A stretch of DNA of 64,000 nucleotides from Candidatus Omnitrophota bacterium (GCA_043814605.1 JBDRJV010000037.1:99902-163901), one strand, 5' to 3'. Shown: positions 31,271 through 40,390, counted from the first letter of the stretch. Notes: generated by a model from the letters alone, not told the origin. Program-made: numbers and translations.

Positions 31271-31293
31271 TTATTATCTTTCCATTTTATGTT

Positions 31294-31417
31294 GGATAGT
31301 ATAGAAGTAGTCCTGGGGAGGACAGAGTCAAGTGTTAGAACTCTGAAGTTTCATAACCTCTATACTATCCATGGTGAGGATTAATCGGGTGAAAAGCCCG
31401 ACAATCGCAGTGTCCTC
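31294..31417 (-). ncRNA. structured non-coding region (nested inverted repeats). Candidate ncRNA or recombination/origin site
   Basis: A 12-13-bp perfect inverted repeat GGATAGTATAGA(A)G / CTCTATACTATCC encloses two hairpins (TCCT-GGGG-AGGA and CAGAGT...ACTCTG). A second domain TGAGGA...TCCTCA encloses CGGG-TGAAAAG-CCCG. The strand is not determined. Confidence 0.3.
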
Positions 31418-31641
31418 AGTATATATCAAAAAATTTTTATGCTTTACTTTTAACATTTATTCCTCTGAAAACTAAAAACGTATTTATCTCAATGCTTACT
31501 GTATGCTTTGGTGGACTAGACTACAAAAAAGGTTAGTACCCCCCTATATTAATCAACATACAACCTCTGACAAAAAAATGGTCGATTGTTTCAATGCCAT
31601 ACTTTTTCTCATTTACTTTCATTACTCATTTACTCCTCAAG

Positions 31642-32220
31642 TCAGCAGACTGGGGAAATACTAGACAACTCCAAGCTACCTTTTTTCTCAGCTCTTTTAA
31701 GAGCATGGTATTGGAGATAGGGAAGAGGGGAGCGTTTCTTTATATCTTTCTTTCCCTTTGGTCTTCCTAACTTTTTTCCATTTAACTTAGCTCGTTTAAT
31801 GCCGTCCTTTGTTCTTTCTACTATAAGGTCTCTTTCAAATTGAGCCATAGCTCCGAGTATATGGAAAAACAACTTTCCATTAGCTGAACCAGTATCAATG
31901 TTTTCTCGTAAAGTGATAAGCTCTACTTTGTATTTATCGAAAAGCTCTAACAGACCAATAAGCTGTTTTAGACTTCGTGCTAATCGAGATAGTCTTTTTA
32001 TGACAACTTTTTCTATTTGACCTAATCTGATTCGTTCTATTAAATCGTGTAGTACAGGTCTTTTAGTGATGAATCCACTAGCAGTTTCTAAAAACATTCT
32101 GCACTTATTATGTGGGATTTGATGAGATTCTATATAGTCACGAAATATTAATTGCTGGTTTTCATTAGTTTGCTCGTCAGTAGAAACTCTGCTATAAAAT
32201 GCGATAAATTTATTATCCAT
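31642..32220 (-). CDS. small serine recombinase (resolvase/invertase family)
   Basis: Catalytic motif FYSRVSTDEQ, a conserved RLSRLARS block and a C-terminal GRPKGKK basic tail. Confidence 0.85.
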   Translation of the reverse strand: MDNKFIAFYSRVSTDEQTNENQQLIFRDYIESHQIPHNKCRMFLETASGFITKRPVLHDLIERIRLGQIEKVVIKRLSRLARSLKQLIGLLELFDKYKVELITLRENIDTGSANGKLFFHILGAMAQFERDLIVERTKDGIKRAKLNGKKLGRPKGKKDIKKRSPLPYLQYHALKRAEKKGSLELSSISPVC

Positions 32221-32303
32221 GTCTTAACCCTCCTTTTAATTTTAAAATATGATTTTTCCTAATCCAAGTAAAGAACTTTGTCTTACTGAAGGCAAAAAAG
32301 TTT

Positions 32304-32819
32304 TTAATTGTAGAGGGAAATCTGGGATTCATGTTTTTTCTTGTTTTTCCTCGGAAATCTATTTGTTCTTTGTGCTTTGATATACTTAAAGTAATTCTTT
32401 GAACGAGGTCTGCCAATTACTTTAGTTGTTTTCGATAATCCTATTATTGTTCTGTTTGCTGAAATATCATGCCTACAAATGTCTAAGCACTTAGCTATTT
32501 TCACTACTGAATATTCCTTTAATGTGTCTATATCATCATCAATAGAAATCAATCTAGCTTTGTACTTTGAAACCAAAATTAAAAATCTTGTTAAATTCTT
32601 AATCGGAAAACCCAATACTGAAAGTCGGGGAACTACTACAATTTTTATTTCCCCAGTCCTGATGCTACTGAATATTTCGTTTAATGTTTTATGGTCAGCA
32701 GGGGAGGCTTCTGAATAAAACACACATTGGGATATTGTAATCTGTTTTTCGGATAGGAACCTCTCCAATGATGAATTGCCCTTGTCATAGCAATAGCAAG
32801 CAACATTTTGCACTAACAT
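32304..32819 (-). CDS. resolvase-like paralog with degenerate catalytic motif (likely inactive)
   Basis: Aligns with the neighbouring resolvase (IKIVVVPRLSVLGF vs IEKVVIKRLSRLAR; IGRPRSK vs LGRPKGKK). The nucleophile region reads CYCYDKGNSS instead of YSRVSTDEQ. Confidence 0.55.
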   Translation of the reverse strand: MLVQNVACYCYDKGNSSLERFLSEKQITISQCVFYSEASPADHKTLNEIFSSIRTGEIKIVVVPRLSVLGFPIKNLTRFLILVSKYKARLISIDDDIDTLKEYSVVKIAKCLDICRHDISANRTIIGLSKTTKVIGRPRSKNYFKYIKAQRTNRFPRKNKKKHESQISLYN

Positions 32820-33249
32820 TACTTTGACACCTTCTTTCTTCCATTGGTCTTTGATTTATATATAAAATTACTCAGAGTTGACATCATAGCCTTTTATTAG
32901 TCCTCAATATTGGTTTTCTCTTTGCAAATGGGGGAAAGGTTACGAACTAACCAATTCGCAATATCTATCTGCCTCTTTTGCCTGTCATCAAGAGGGAGAT
33001 TCTTTAATCTTACATTTATTTCAGTATCATTTTTTCTTTTCATCATTACCAACAACAATATATATAATAATCCCTACTATTACGGTTTTTAAAGTTCCCT
33101 CAGTTAAGATAATATATCTACTAATGCTAAAATTAAGGTTTTTTTAAAACTTTTTTAAAATTTTCTCTGTTCACTATAAATAACGCCTATTAGAGCTTAA
33201 CCCTAATAAAATTTAAGGGTAAAGTTTAGTTTTTTGTTTTGTGTTATAA

Positions 33250-33831
33250 TTAAATACTCTTTGGAACAAATACACCTAAATCTGTTAACTCTTTAATTAT
33301 CTCGAACTCGGATTTAAATGTCTTATCGCTTAATTTTCTTCTCTGTTCAGAACTATACATATCCCTTAGGCATCTATTTACTATTGCCCAATAGGAACTA
33401 TTGAGGAGGGGATTAGCCCGTTTCTCATATACAATCTGATTTATTTCAACATCTTCAATTTTTACATTACATAGTTTAAGGATTAGTTTCTGATAACTTT
33501 TTTTCCAATGATAATAAGCCCAACGCTTAAGCTTTTTGGGATGAACGTAAAAATACTTTGGACAGCTTTGTATAACAACTCTACTGCGAGGAACTTTTCC
33601 AGTGAGTGTTTTATTACGTCTAATGCAATCTAACTCTTTCCAAAGCTGTTCTATACGAATATCTGAATCTTTTAGTGTAATCAGAGAAACTACTCTGGAT
33701 TTCTTCTTTGCATAGCGTTTGTGATATCCCAATGTGTTTCTCACTCTGCCATTACTCTTAGCATTTTGATTGCCAAAGTAATTGGCATTTTTCCTTTTAA
33801 CTGAATCCTTTTTTCCCTTTGGTCGTCCCAT
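33250..33831 (-). CDS. hypothetical basic protein (193 aa) beginning MGRPKGKKD...
   Basis: The N-terminus nearly duplicates the GRPKGKKDIKKR tail of the adjacent resolvase. No other motifs. Confidence 0.45.
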   Translation of the reverse strand: MGRPKGKKDSVKRKNANYFGNQNAKSNGRVRNTLGYHKRYAKKKSRVVSLITLKDSDIRIEQLWKELDCIRRNKTLTGKVPRSRVVIQSCPKYFYVHPKKLKRWAYYHWKKSYQKLILKLCNVKIEDVEINQIVYEKRANPLLNSSYWAIVNRCLRDMYSSEQRRKLSDKTFKSEFEIIKELTDLGVFVPKSI

Positions 33832-34062
33832 GGTTCCTCCTTATTATGCTCTTACCTATATTAACTATTTAAGTCGCTTATTTTGAACTTTTTTTTCCTA
33901 TTATGTTTCAATGGGTTACAGAAATTATTAAAAATAAAAAAATGGCTAAAATGCTATTTTTCCTATAAGTCTTTATTTTGCAGTAATTTATAGTTTTTAA
34001 AAATCAATAAAGTTGTTTCTTGTTGTTTAACAAGAAGTTACGTAAATAAATGATAATTTACA

Positions 34063-34100
34063 CAAAAAAAACCCCTCGGCTCTTTTGAACCGAAGGATTA
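34063..34100 (-). terminator. rho-independent terminator (minus strand) after the 190-aa gene
   Basis: Minus strand reads CCTTCGG-loop-CCGAGGG followed by TTTTTTTT. Confidence 0.4.
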
Positions 34101-34198
34101 AACCGTCAGTAGACGCTTGCCCTCAACAGCAATATCTTATCTTTAAATAAAGTTCACCTTGAAGAAAGCATAAAGTTAAATTTGTTGCATTTAACGTT

Positions 34199-34771
34199 TT
34201 AACTTTTAAGTTGTTTAAAATAATTATAAAAACCGGAACAGATATCGGGAAATATGAAAAATATAAAATAAATAATCACCAATAATCCTATAAAGGCAAG
34301 ACCATAAAGTATCCTTGTTACCCACTTATTAGGAGGAGTATAGAGCCGTAGTGGCAATTCTTTAGCAATTCCTTGGTCGTAAGTAATTGCAGTATATATT
34401 TGCTTGGGGATATAACTGATTTTATTTTCTAAATAAGCGATAGTAATGAATTCTTCGGGAGCGATTGAATTTATTTTTATTATTTTGTTAGGTGTATCAA
34501 TGGTAATTTTATTGGCAATATGTGGGGAGTAGTTAATTTGTAATGGAAAAAAGTTATGACAAATATTTATATTAGTAGCTTGAGTTTTCCCCCGATTAAC
34601 TAGATGTAAGCTATGTTGCCAAAGATTAACTGATTGATTAGGCGCTGGAAGTTGAACATTGAATCCCCGAATTTCTTCAATGTTAAATAATACTTTTGGT
34701 CTGGTATGTGAATATTTCTCATAAAAGAATCTAATTGCGTATCCAAAAACAACCAGTATAAAATCTTTCAT
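34199..34771 (-). CDS. hypothetical protein with C-terminal TM helix (190 aa)
   Basis: ORF with a C-terminal hydrophobic segment LAFIGLLVIIYFIFFIF. Confidence 0.4.
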   Translation of the reverse strand: MKDFILVVFGYAIRFFYEKYSHTRPKVLFNIEEIRGFNVQLPAPNQSVNLWQHSLHLVNRGKTQATNINICHNFFPLQINYSPHIANKITIDTPNKIIKINSIAPEEFITIAYLENKISYIPKQIYTAITYDQGIAKELPLRLYTPPNKWVTRILYGLAFIGLLVIIYFIFFIFPDICSGFYNYFKQLKS

Positions 34772-34977
34772 TAGAATAGCTCCTTCCTTACATTAGCCAC
34801 GCTAAGACCGCAATCATAGCAAAAGTTATAATAACACATATAATCTCCCATTTGCCAAGAGGTTTCTCTTCTCAGGAGGGGGTAGGTGCATAGAATAAGT
34901 TTACAAGTATGTTTACTATTTTTATTGCTCTTCTTTTTTCCTCAGAGTTTTAATTGCCTAATTTATAAACCTAAGGA

Positions 34978-35493
34978 TTAACTGTCAGGATATATTTTAT
35001 GTTTAAGTATTTCTATTGTAACTTCATTAAGTATTTTTTTAACTTCTTTAAGGTTTTCTTTAAACTTTTTAGATGCTTCTATTCGAGTTGTTGTCTCAAA
35101 TTGTCCTGAATTTTCTACCTTTTCTAACACTAAGTCTATATTAAACTTTATGTTGCCATTTTGTTTTTCTGATATTTTTATTGATGAGGGGTTAAACATA
35201 TAATTATGGGCAAAAGCGTTTCGTATTCGAGCAATTTCAAAAAATTTATGCCTTGTTTTCGCATTAATTCCATAACTTATATTTGAACATATATTAAAAA
35301 AAACCTTTATCTTATCCGCTAAACTTACTATTGACGAATTTAATACTATATCTCTAACAAATTTTCCTTTGCCTTTTTGGGGAGTAATATAGTGAGTAAT
35401 AATTTGTTTTATATTAGCATCTATAAGATTAGTTTGGTCAATAACAAATGCTAGGTCATTATAGTCTTTTTGAAAAGAACTTTTGTTTTTCAC
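34978..35493 (-). CDS. HEPN-domain protein (R-N-x3-H motif), candidate RNase toxin / abortive-infection effector
   Basis: EIARIRNAFAHN contains the canonical HEPN Rx4-6H motif. The surrounding residues are predicted all-alpha. Overlaps the upstream small membrane ORF by 4 nt. Confidence 0.6.
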   Translation of the reverse strand: MKNKSSFQKDYNDLAFVIDQTNLIDANIKQIITHYITPQKGKGKFVRDIVLNSSIVSLADKIKVFFNICSNISYGINAKTRHKFFEIARIRNAFAHNYMFNPSSIKISEKQNGNIKFNIDLVLEKVENSGQFETTTRIEASKKFKENLKEVKKILNEVTIEILKHKIYPDS

Positions 35494-35777
35494 TTCTTAT
35501 CCATTCTATCCTCGAGTTCAGAGACTTCATTTTCGAGTTCGCTTACTTTGTGTTTTAGCACATTTATTTCACCTCGAAGACTTCCATCTTTGTTTTGAAA
35601 TTCTTCCTGACTTTCTTCAATCTTTTGTATAATCCATTTTTTTATGCCTTCCCATATAGCCACAATGAATATTCCTATTAAACAGTAAAACCAAAATTCT
35701 CGTACCCAGTGAGGCAAGTTAAATATAAAGTCCAATACATACAATATTAGTATACCTATTATAAAAGCTCCAAACAT
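35490..35777 (-). CDS. small membrane protein (2 TM) with C-terminal coiled coil
   Basis: Hydrophobic N-terminal half. The C-terminus is heptad-like (VSELENEVSELEDRMDKK). RBS GGAGGTT. Confidence 0.5.
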   Translation of the reverse strand: MFGAFIIGILILYVLDFIFNLPHWVREFWFYCLIGIFIVAIWEGIKKWIIQKIEESQEEFQNKDGSLRGEINVLKHKVSELENEVSELEDRMDKK

Positions 35778-35789
35778 TATAAAACCTCC

Positions 35790-35871
35790 GAAATTTACAT
35801 GGCTTTATTATATGCTACTAAAAAGTATAAAGTCAATTTTATCTACAATGTTGTATTGAGAGAATAAAAGG
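35790..35871 (-). promoter_or_regulatory. promoter/5'UTR cassette copy A (TTGACT-18-TATAAT plus conserved upstream box)
   Basis: Near-identical to the cassette at 36360-36447. Shared blocks are TATTATATGCTACTA, ATAAAG.CAATTTT and AATGTTGT.TTG.G.GAATAAAAGG. Confidence 0.45.
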
Positions 35872-35891
35872 CATAGTTAAGTTGTTATGGG

Positions 35892-36359
35892 TTATATTTT
35901 TTTCCAAATACACTCAGAAGATTCAATTTTTTGAGTATCTCTGTCAAACCAAGTAGCTTGACCTTTCATGCTCAATCTATCAGGGGTAACCATTAATTGA
36001 ATCATTCCAGTTCCACAAATATTTCCTTGTTCACCTTTTTTAATATATGAACCATTTACCATATCATGTTCTATTTTACAAGTATAAGTAAAAATTCTAT
36101 GGTCGTCCTGAGTTTCCCCAGTGCCCTTAACTGTGTCTGCAAACTGTTTTAATTGAACAATCTCCAGTGTCTCGTTCCATTTAGAGGGGTCTAAATCTGA
36201 AGGCTCTTTGAAGGTATGTTCCCATTTGCCAGTAAGATTAAATTTATTTGGATTTAGCAAGTGGAATAATGTAGCAATTGTAGAATCCATAAAATTTCTG
36301 AAAGGTGGGAAAATATAGTTTGTTAATAACCCTAACAGCAATCCTAAAGCAAAATTCAT
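35892..36359 (-). CDS. hypothetical protein with N-terminal TM helix (155 aa)
   Basis: MNFALGLLLGLLTNYIF hydrophobic start, then a Cys-containing soluble domain. RBS GGAGGTT. Confidence 0.45.
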   Translation of the reverse strand: MNFALGLLLGLLTNYIFPPFRNFMDSTIATLFHLLNPNKFNLTGKWEHTFKEPSDLDPSKWNETLEIVQLKQFADTVKGTGETQDDHRIFTYTCKIEHDMVNGSYIKKGEQGNICGTGMIQLMVTPDRLSMKGQATWFDRDTQKIESSECIWKKI

Positions 36360-36447
36360 ATTAACCTCCTAACTTACTCAATATTATATGCTACTATTAT
36401 GAATAAAGCCAATTTTTTCCATAATGTTGTGTTGGGTGAATAAAAGG
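36360..36447 (-). promoter_or_regulatory. promoter/5'UTR cassette copy B, ending at the element's right boundary
   Basis: TTGGCT-18-TATAAT. The upstream box CCTTTTATTCACCCAACACAACATT abuts the GGGATTCT core. Confidence 0.45.
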
Positions 36448-37146
36448 GATTCTACGTGCGAGCATTGTTTTGCCTGAACCTGGAGGGCCGATGAGTAAAA
36501 TATTATGATTCCCTGCAACCGCGACCTCTAAGGCACGTTTGGCAAATTCCTGGCCCTTGACATCAGACATATCTGTTGTATAGTGAGCAAATTTCTTTAA
36601 TTCAATATCAGGATTTGCTTTTTGTGGGGCGATATCAATTTCCTGATTGAGAAAAGCCACTGCCTGGGTTAAAGAATCAATGGGATATACAGAAGAATTA
36701 CTCACAACAGCAGCTTCTTGAGCATTTTCACTGGCAACTAAAATATTTTTATGCTGGTCTCTGATTCCTAAGACCATAGAGAGAATACCTTTAATTGGCT
36801 TGATTGTCCCATCTAAAGATAATTCTCCCATAATCAAAAAATCATTTAACCGGCTTTTATTCAATATGGAGCTTGCCGCAAGAATTCCTAAAGCAATCGG
36901 TAAATCATAAGCAGATCCCTGCTTCTTCGTATCTGCCGGGGCCAGATTTATAGTTATTTTTTTTACCGGAAAATTAAATCCAGAGTTTTTTATAGCTGAA
37001 CGGACTCTATCTTTAGATTCTTTTACCGCGTTATCCGGCAATCCTACAACGGATATTTGCGGTAAGCCGCGTCCAATATCCACTTCAATTTCCAGTAAAT
37101 GACCTTGGATTCCGGAAACAAAAGCGCTGAAAATTTTTGCTAACAT
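36446..37146 (-). pseudogene. comM: comM/yifB N-terminal fragment (Walker A GPPGSGKT), truncated by the insertion
   Basis: [24 protein letters not shown]...[15 protein letters not shown], then homology ends at the core. After the core the frame reads [15 protein letters not shown] and stops at 36397. Confidence 0.8.
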
Positions 37147-37248
37147 TATATAAAATTTAAGGTTAAGTAATATTAAATTATTACATGTTTTTATTATTAT
37201 AGAATTATCTAAATTTTAAGTCAATAAAAAATTGATTTTTTAGGTTAA

Positions 37249-37755
37249 TTGTATTATAATTATGGCATTATGCAATTACAAGATACCAATTTTTTTGAAG
37301 AAGTGATGAGAAATAGAATTATTTGGGCTTCGTTTTTTTCCTGGGGAGCAGCTCAATTAATAAAAATTTTTTCCGGAGTTATCAAGGAAAAGAGGTTTGA
37401 TTTTAGATGGCTTTTAGGTACTGGCGGTATGCCTAGTGCTCATTCTGCAGGAGTTAGTGCATTAGCAACTGCTGTGGGATTATATTCAGGATTTTATTCT
37501 ATTACTTTTGCAATTACGGCAATTTTTGCTTTAATAATTATGTTTGATGCTCAAGGATTAAGAAGAATGGCCGGACGTCAGGCGGTTGTGCTTAATCAAT
37601 TAATGGAAGATATTTATGTTAAGCATGAAGTAAAACAAGAGCGCTTAATTGAGTTGATTGGGGCATACTCCCGTGGAGGTTTTTATGGGAGCAATTCTGG
37701 GGATTCTGATCGCAATTTATATTGTTTCTTTATAGAAGTATCAAAGGGGGTACTA
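37249..37755 (+). CDS. DUF212 (divergent PAP2 / acid phosphatase-vanadium haloperoxidase-related) membrane protein, in-frame with downstream ORF
   Basis: GMPSAHSAGVSALATAVG block typical of DUF212. Promoter TTGATT-17-TATAAT at 37227-37255. No stop codon before the next gene. Confidence 0.55.
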
Positions 37756-38667
37756 ATGCGAAAATATATGATATTTAGTTTGATTGTTATTATAATTCTG
37801 ATAATTGTTTTTTCTCAATTTAAACCAAATAAAAAAGTAGTTGTCAGCCAGCCAACTATTCAATCAGATGTCTTATTTAAACAAGCACAAGCGTTGAAAC
37901 TGCAGAATCCGGAAATGGCAGTAAAAGAATTTGAAAAAATAATTTCTCAGTTTTCCCAGGAAAAAGTTGCCGAAAAATCCTTACTAGAAATAGCGGATAT
38001 ATATAAATCTCAAAAAAATAAAAATTTAGAAGAACAAACTTTAGCTGCTTTTATTAGAAATTATCCGGGTAATGAACTATTCCCTGATATTCAAAAAAGA
38101 TTATGGCAGGTTAATATGGACATTCTTTTTTCTCCTCTGGTAACTGAACATAGTTTTCTTTATGAAGTCCAACCCGGGGATTCATTATATAAAATTGCTA
38201 AAAATCATAATACAACTGTTGATTTAATTATGAAAAGTAATAACCTTAAAGATTCTTTAATCAATCCGGGAATGAAATTAAAAATTGAAAAATCAGTTTT
38301 TTCCATTGAAGTTATTAAATCTGAGGTTAAATTAGTATTAAAAGCTAACGGAGAAGCTTTAAAAGTTTATCCGATTGGTATTGGCGCAAATAATTCTACA
38401 CCCGTGGGAGAATTTAAGATTACAAATCGTATTATTGATCCGGTCTGGTATAAAACAGGAGCAATTGTTCCCGCAGGTTCTGAGGATAATATTTTAGGTA
38501 CCCGCTGGTTAGGAATATCTGAACCGGGTTATGGGATACACGGGACTGTAGATAAACAACCAATAACCCAGCAGCAAACGCAAGGTTGTGTGCGGATGAT
38601 TAATGAAGATGTGGAGGAATTGTTTATTATAATTCCGGTAGGCACACAACTGGTAATCAGAAATTAA
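37756..38667 (+). CDS. LysM-domain L,D-transpeptidase (YkuD family) with N-terminal membrane anchor
   Basis: Internal ATG with an AAGGGGG RBS. LysM (YEVQPGDSLYKIAKNHN). YkuD catalytic HGT...GCVRM. Confidence 0.7.
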   Translation: MRKYMIFSLIVIIILIIVFSQFKPNKKVVVSQPTIQSDVLFKQAQALKLQNPEMAVKEFEKIISQFSQEKVAEKSLLEIADIYKSQKNKNLEEQTLAAFIRNYPGNELFPDIQKRLWQVNMDILFSPLVTEHSFLYEVQPGDSLYKIAKNHNTTVDLIMKSNNLKDSLINPGMKLKIEKSVFSIEVIKSEVKLVLKANGEALKVYPIGIGANNSTPVGEFKITNRIIDPVWYKTGAIVPAGSEDNILGTRWLGISEPGYGIHGTVDKQPITQQQTQGCVRMINEDVEELFIIIPVGTQLVIRN

Positions 38668-38682
38668 AAGAAAGAGAAAAAA

Positions 38683-39708
38683 ATGATCAGAACAGGCTTA
38701 GATTTTGAAAAACCTATTTTAGAGCTTGAACAGAAAATATCTGAGCTAAAAAGTTTTTCCGAAGAGAGAAAAATTGATTTAACCGGTGAAATTAGAAAAG
38801 TTGAGGAAAAGCTGGAAAAACTTATGCACGAAATTTTTGATAATTTAACCCCTTGGCAAAAAGTTCAAATTGCCAGGCATCCGAAGCGGCCGTATACTTT
38901 AGATTACATTGGTTTAATTGCCAGAGGTTTTATTGAATTACATGGAGATCGTTTATTTAAAGATGATCCAGCGATAATTTGCGGTTTTGCGCGTATTGAA
39001 GAGCAAAAAGTCCTCATTGTTGGACATCAAAAGGGCAGAGATACAAAAGAAAATTTATACCGCAGTTTTGGCAGTGCTCATCCTGAAGGGTATCGAAAGG
39101 CAATTAGATTAATGCGTTTGGCGGAGCGATTTAATGTACCGATTATTACTTTGATCGATACTCCGGGGGCTTATCCCGGAGTTGATGCGGAAGAAAGAGG
39201 ACAAGCCGAAGCAATTGCGTTTAATTTAAGGGAAATGTCACAGCTTAAAGTACCGATAATAATTGTGGTTATTGGTGAAGGTGGTTCCGGGGGTGCTTTA
39301 GGTATTGGCGTGGGAGATCGTGTATGTATGCTTGAGAATGCATATTATTCAGTGATATCTCCGGAAGGATGTGCGGCAATCCTCTGGCGTAACCGTGTTA
39401 ACGCACCAGAAGCTGCCAGTGCTTTAAAAATAACTGCGCAAGATTTATTAAAACTAGGTATTATTGATGAGATTATCGCAGAGCCAATCGGTGGTGCGCA
39501 CCGTGATTATAATATCACAGCCGCGGCTTTAAAAACATCGATAGTCAATAATCTTAATCAGCTTAAAAAAATTTCGGCTAAAGAATTAGTTAAACGCAGA
39601 TATGATAAATTTAGAAAAATTGGTAAATGGGAAGAATTAACATTAAATGATGAAAATTTAAGTGAGAAAAATGAAATTAAAAAAAATAATGAAAAAACAG
39701 ATAAATAA
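38683..39708 (+). CDS. accA: acetyl-CoA carboxylase carboxyltransferase alpha subunit
   Basis: [19 protein letters not shown] and [10 protein letters not shown] motifs. Confidence 0.9.
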   Translation: MIRTGLDFEKPILELEQKISELKSFSEERKIDLTGEIRKVEEKLEKLMHEIFDNLTPWQKVQIARHPKRPYTLDYIGLIARGFIELHGDRLFKDDPAIICGFARIEEQKVLIVGHQKGRDTKENLYRSFGSAHPEGYRKAIRLMRLAERFNVPIITLIDTPGAYPGVDAEERGQAEAIAFNLREMSQLKVPIIIVVIGEGGSGGALGIGVGDRVCMLENAYYSVISPEGCAAILWRNRVNAPEAASALKITAQDLLKLGIIDEIIAEPIGGAHRDYNITAAALKTSIVNNLNQLKKISAKELVKRRYDKFRKIGKWEELTLNDENLSEKNEIKKNNEKTDK

Positions 39709-39726
39709 TTAGTCAAGGAGGAAAAG

Positions 39727-40326
39727 ATGCAAAATGTGTTAAGGCATTATATTTTTGAAAAGGAAATCATAAAGAGTGTATTATTTATAAGAATTATAGG
39801 AATTCTAACTTTTTTATTTTTAATCAGTTTAGGTGCGTTTATCTATTTTCCGTTACCATTTACTCCGGTGCCGATTACAATGCAAACATTATTTGTTTTA
39901 CTTTGCGGCGCTTTTTTGAACAAAAAAGATGGAGTTATGGCACAAACTATATATTTAGGCCTAGGCGCAGCCGGCGTGCCAATTTTTAGTTTGGCTCAGG
40001 GAGGATTATTAAAACTATTTGGTCCAACCGGGGGCTATCTGATTGGGTTTGTTTTAGCCACAATTGTTATTGCTAATAGCATGAAATTCTTTGAAGAAAA
40101 GGGAGAGTTATCTTTTGTTCACGTTTTATTTGTGATGAGCTTAGGTATTTTAAGTATTTATTTTTGCGGTGCATTGTGGCTGGGATTATTTTTAAAGTTT
40201 TCATTAAAAAATGTATTTATACTGGGAATTTTACCATTTATTCCGGGCGCAATTTTTAAATTAGTGCTGGCAACTGTAATTTATAAAAAAGCAAATGACC
40301 GAGTTCGTAGTATTTTTAAATCATAA
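39727..40326 (+). CDS. bioY: biotin transporter BioY
   Basis: ~200 aa with 5-6 TM helices and a BioY-like pattern. The position adjacent to accA fits. Confidence 0.75.
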   Translation: MQNVLRHYIFEKEIIKSVLFIRIIGILTFLFLISLGAFIYFPLPFTPVPITMQTLFVLLCGAFLNKKDGVMAQTIYLGLGAAGVPIFSLAQGGLLKLFGPTGGYLIGFVLATIVIANSMKFFEEKGELSFVHVLFVMSLGILSIYFCGALWLGLFLKFSLKNVFILGILPFIPGAIFKLVLATVIYKKANDRVRSIFKS

Positions 40327-40355
40327 AAAATTACTAAAATTACAAGACAAAATTT

Positions 40356-40390
40356 AAAGCGGATATAAACCTTAATATCCGCTTTTTTTA
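40356..40390 (+). terminator. rho-independent terminator after bioY
   Basis: AAAGCGGATAT-loop-ATATCCGCTTT followed by TTTTT. Confidence 0.6.

Larger units (their letters stand above)
28438..36453. mobile_element. ~8 kb integrative element inserted in comM, bounded by direct 8-bp core GGGATTCT (28438-28445 and 36446-36453)
   Basis: The two comM halves join in-frame across the repeated core (codons R-I-P). A large serine recombinase gene sits at the left edge. All internal genes lie on the strand opposite to the flanking + strand host genes. Confidence 0.8.

Noticed and set aside
31294-31417. The structured region read as a retron msr/msd or group II intron fragment
   Set aside because: No reverse transcriptase (YxDD) ORF is found anywhere in the element or window. 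The region does not resemble intron domain V.
32213-32416. 67-aa ORF overlapping the start of the degenerate resolvase gene
   Set aside because: It is in a different frame and overlaps a gene with paralog-level similarity to the neighbouring resolvase. It has no RBS.
28438-36453. The 8-bp direct repeat read as the target-site duplication of a DDE transposon
   Set aside because: No transposase or terminal inverted repeats are present. A large serine recombinase sits at the boundary, and an 8-bp common core fits serine-integrase att sites.
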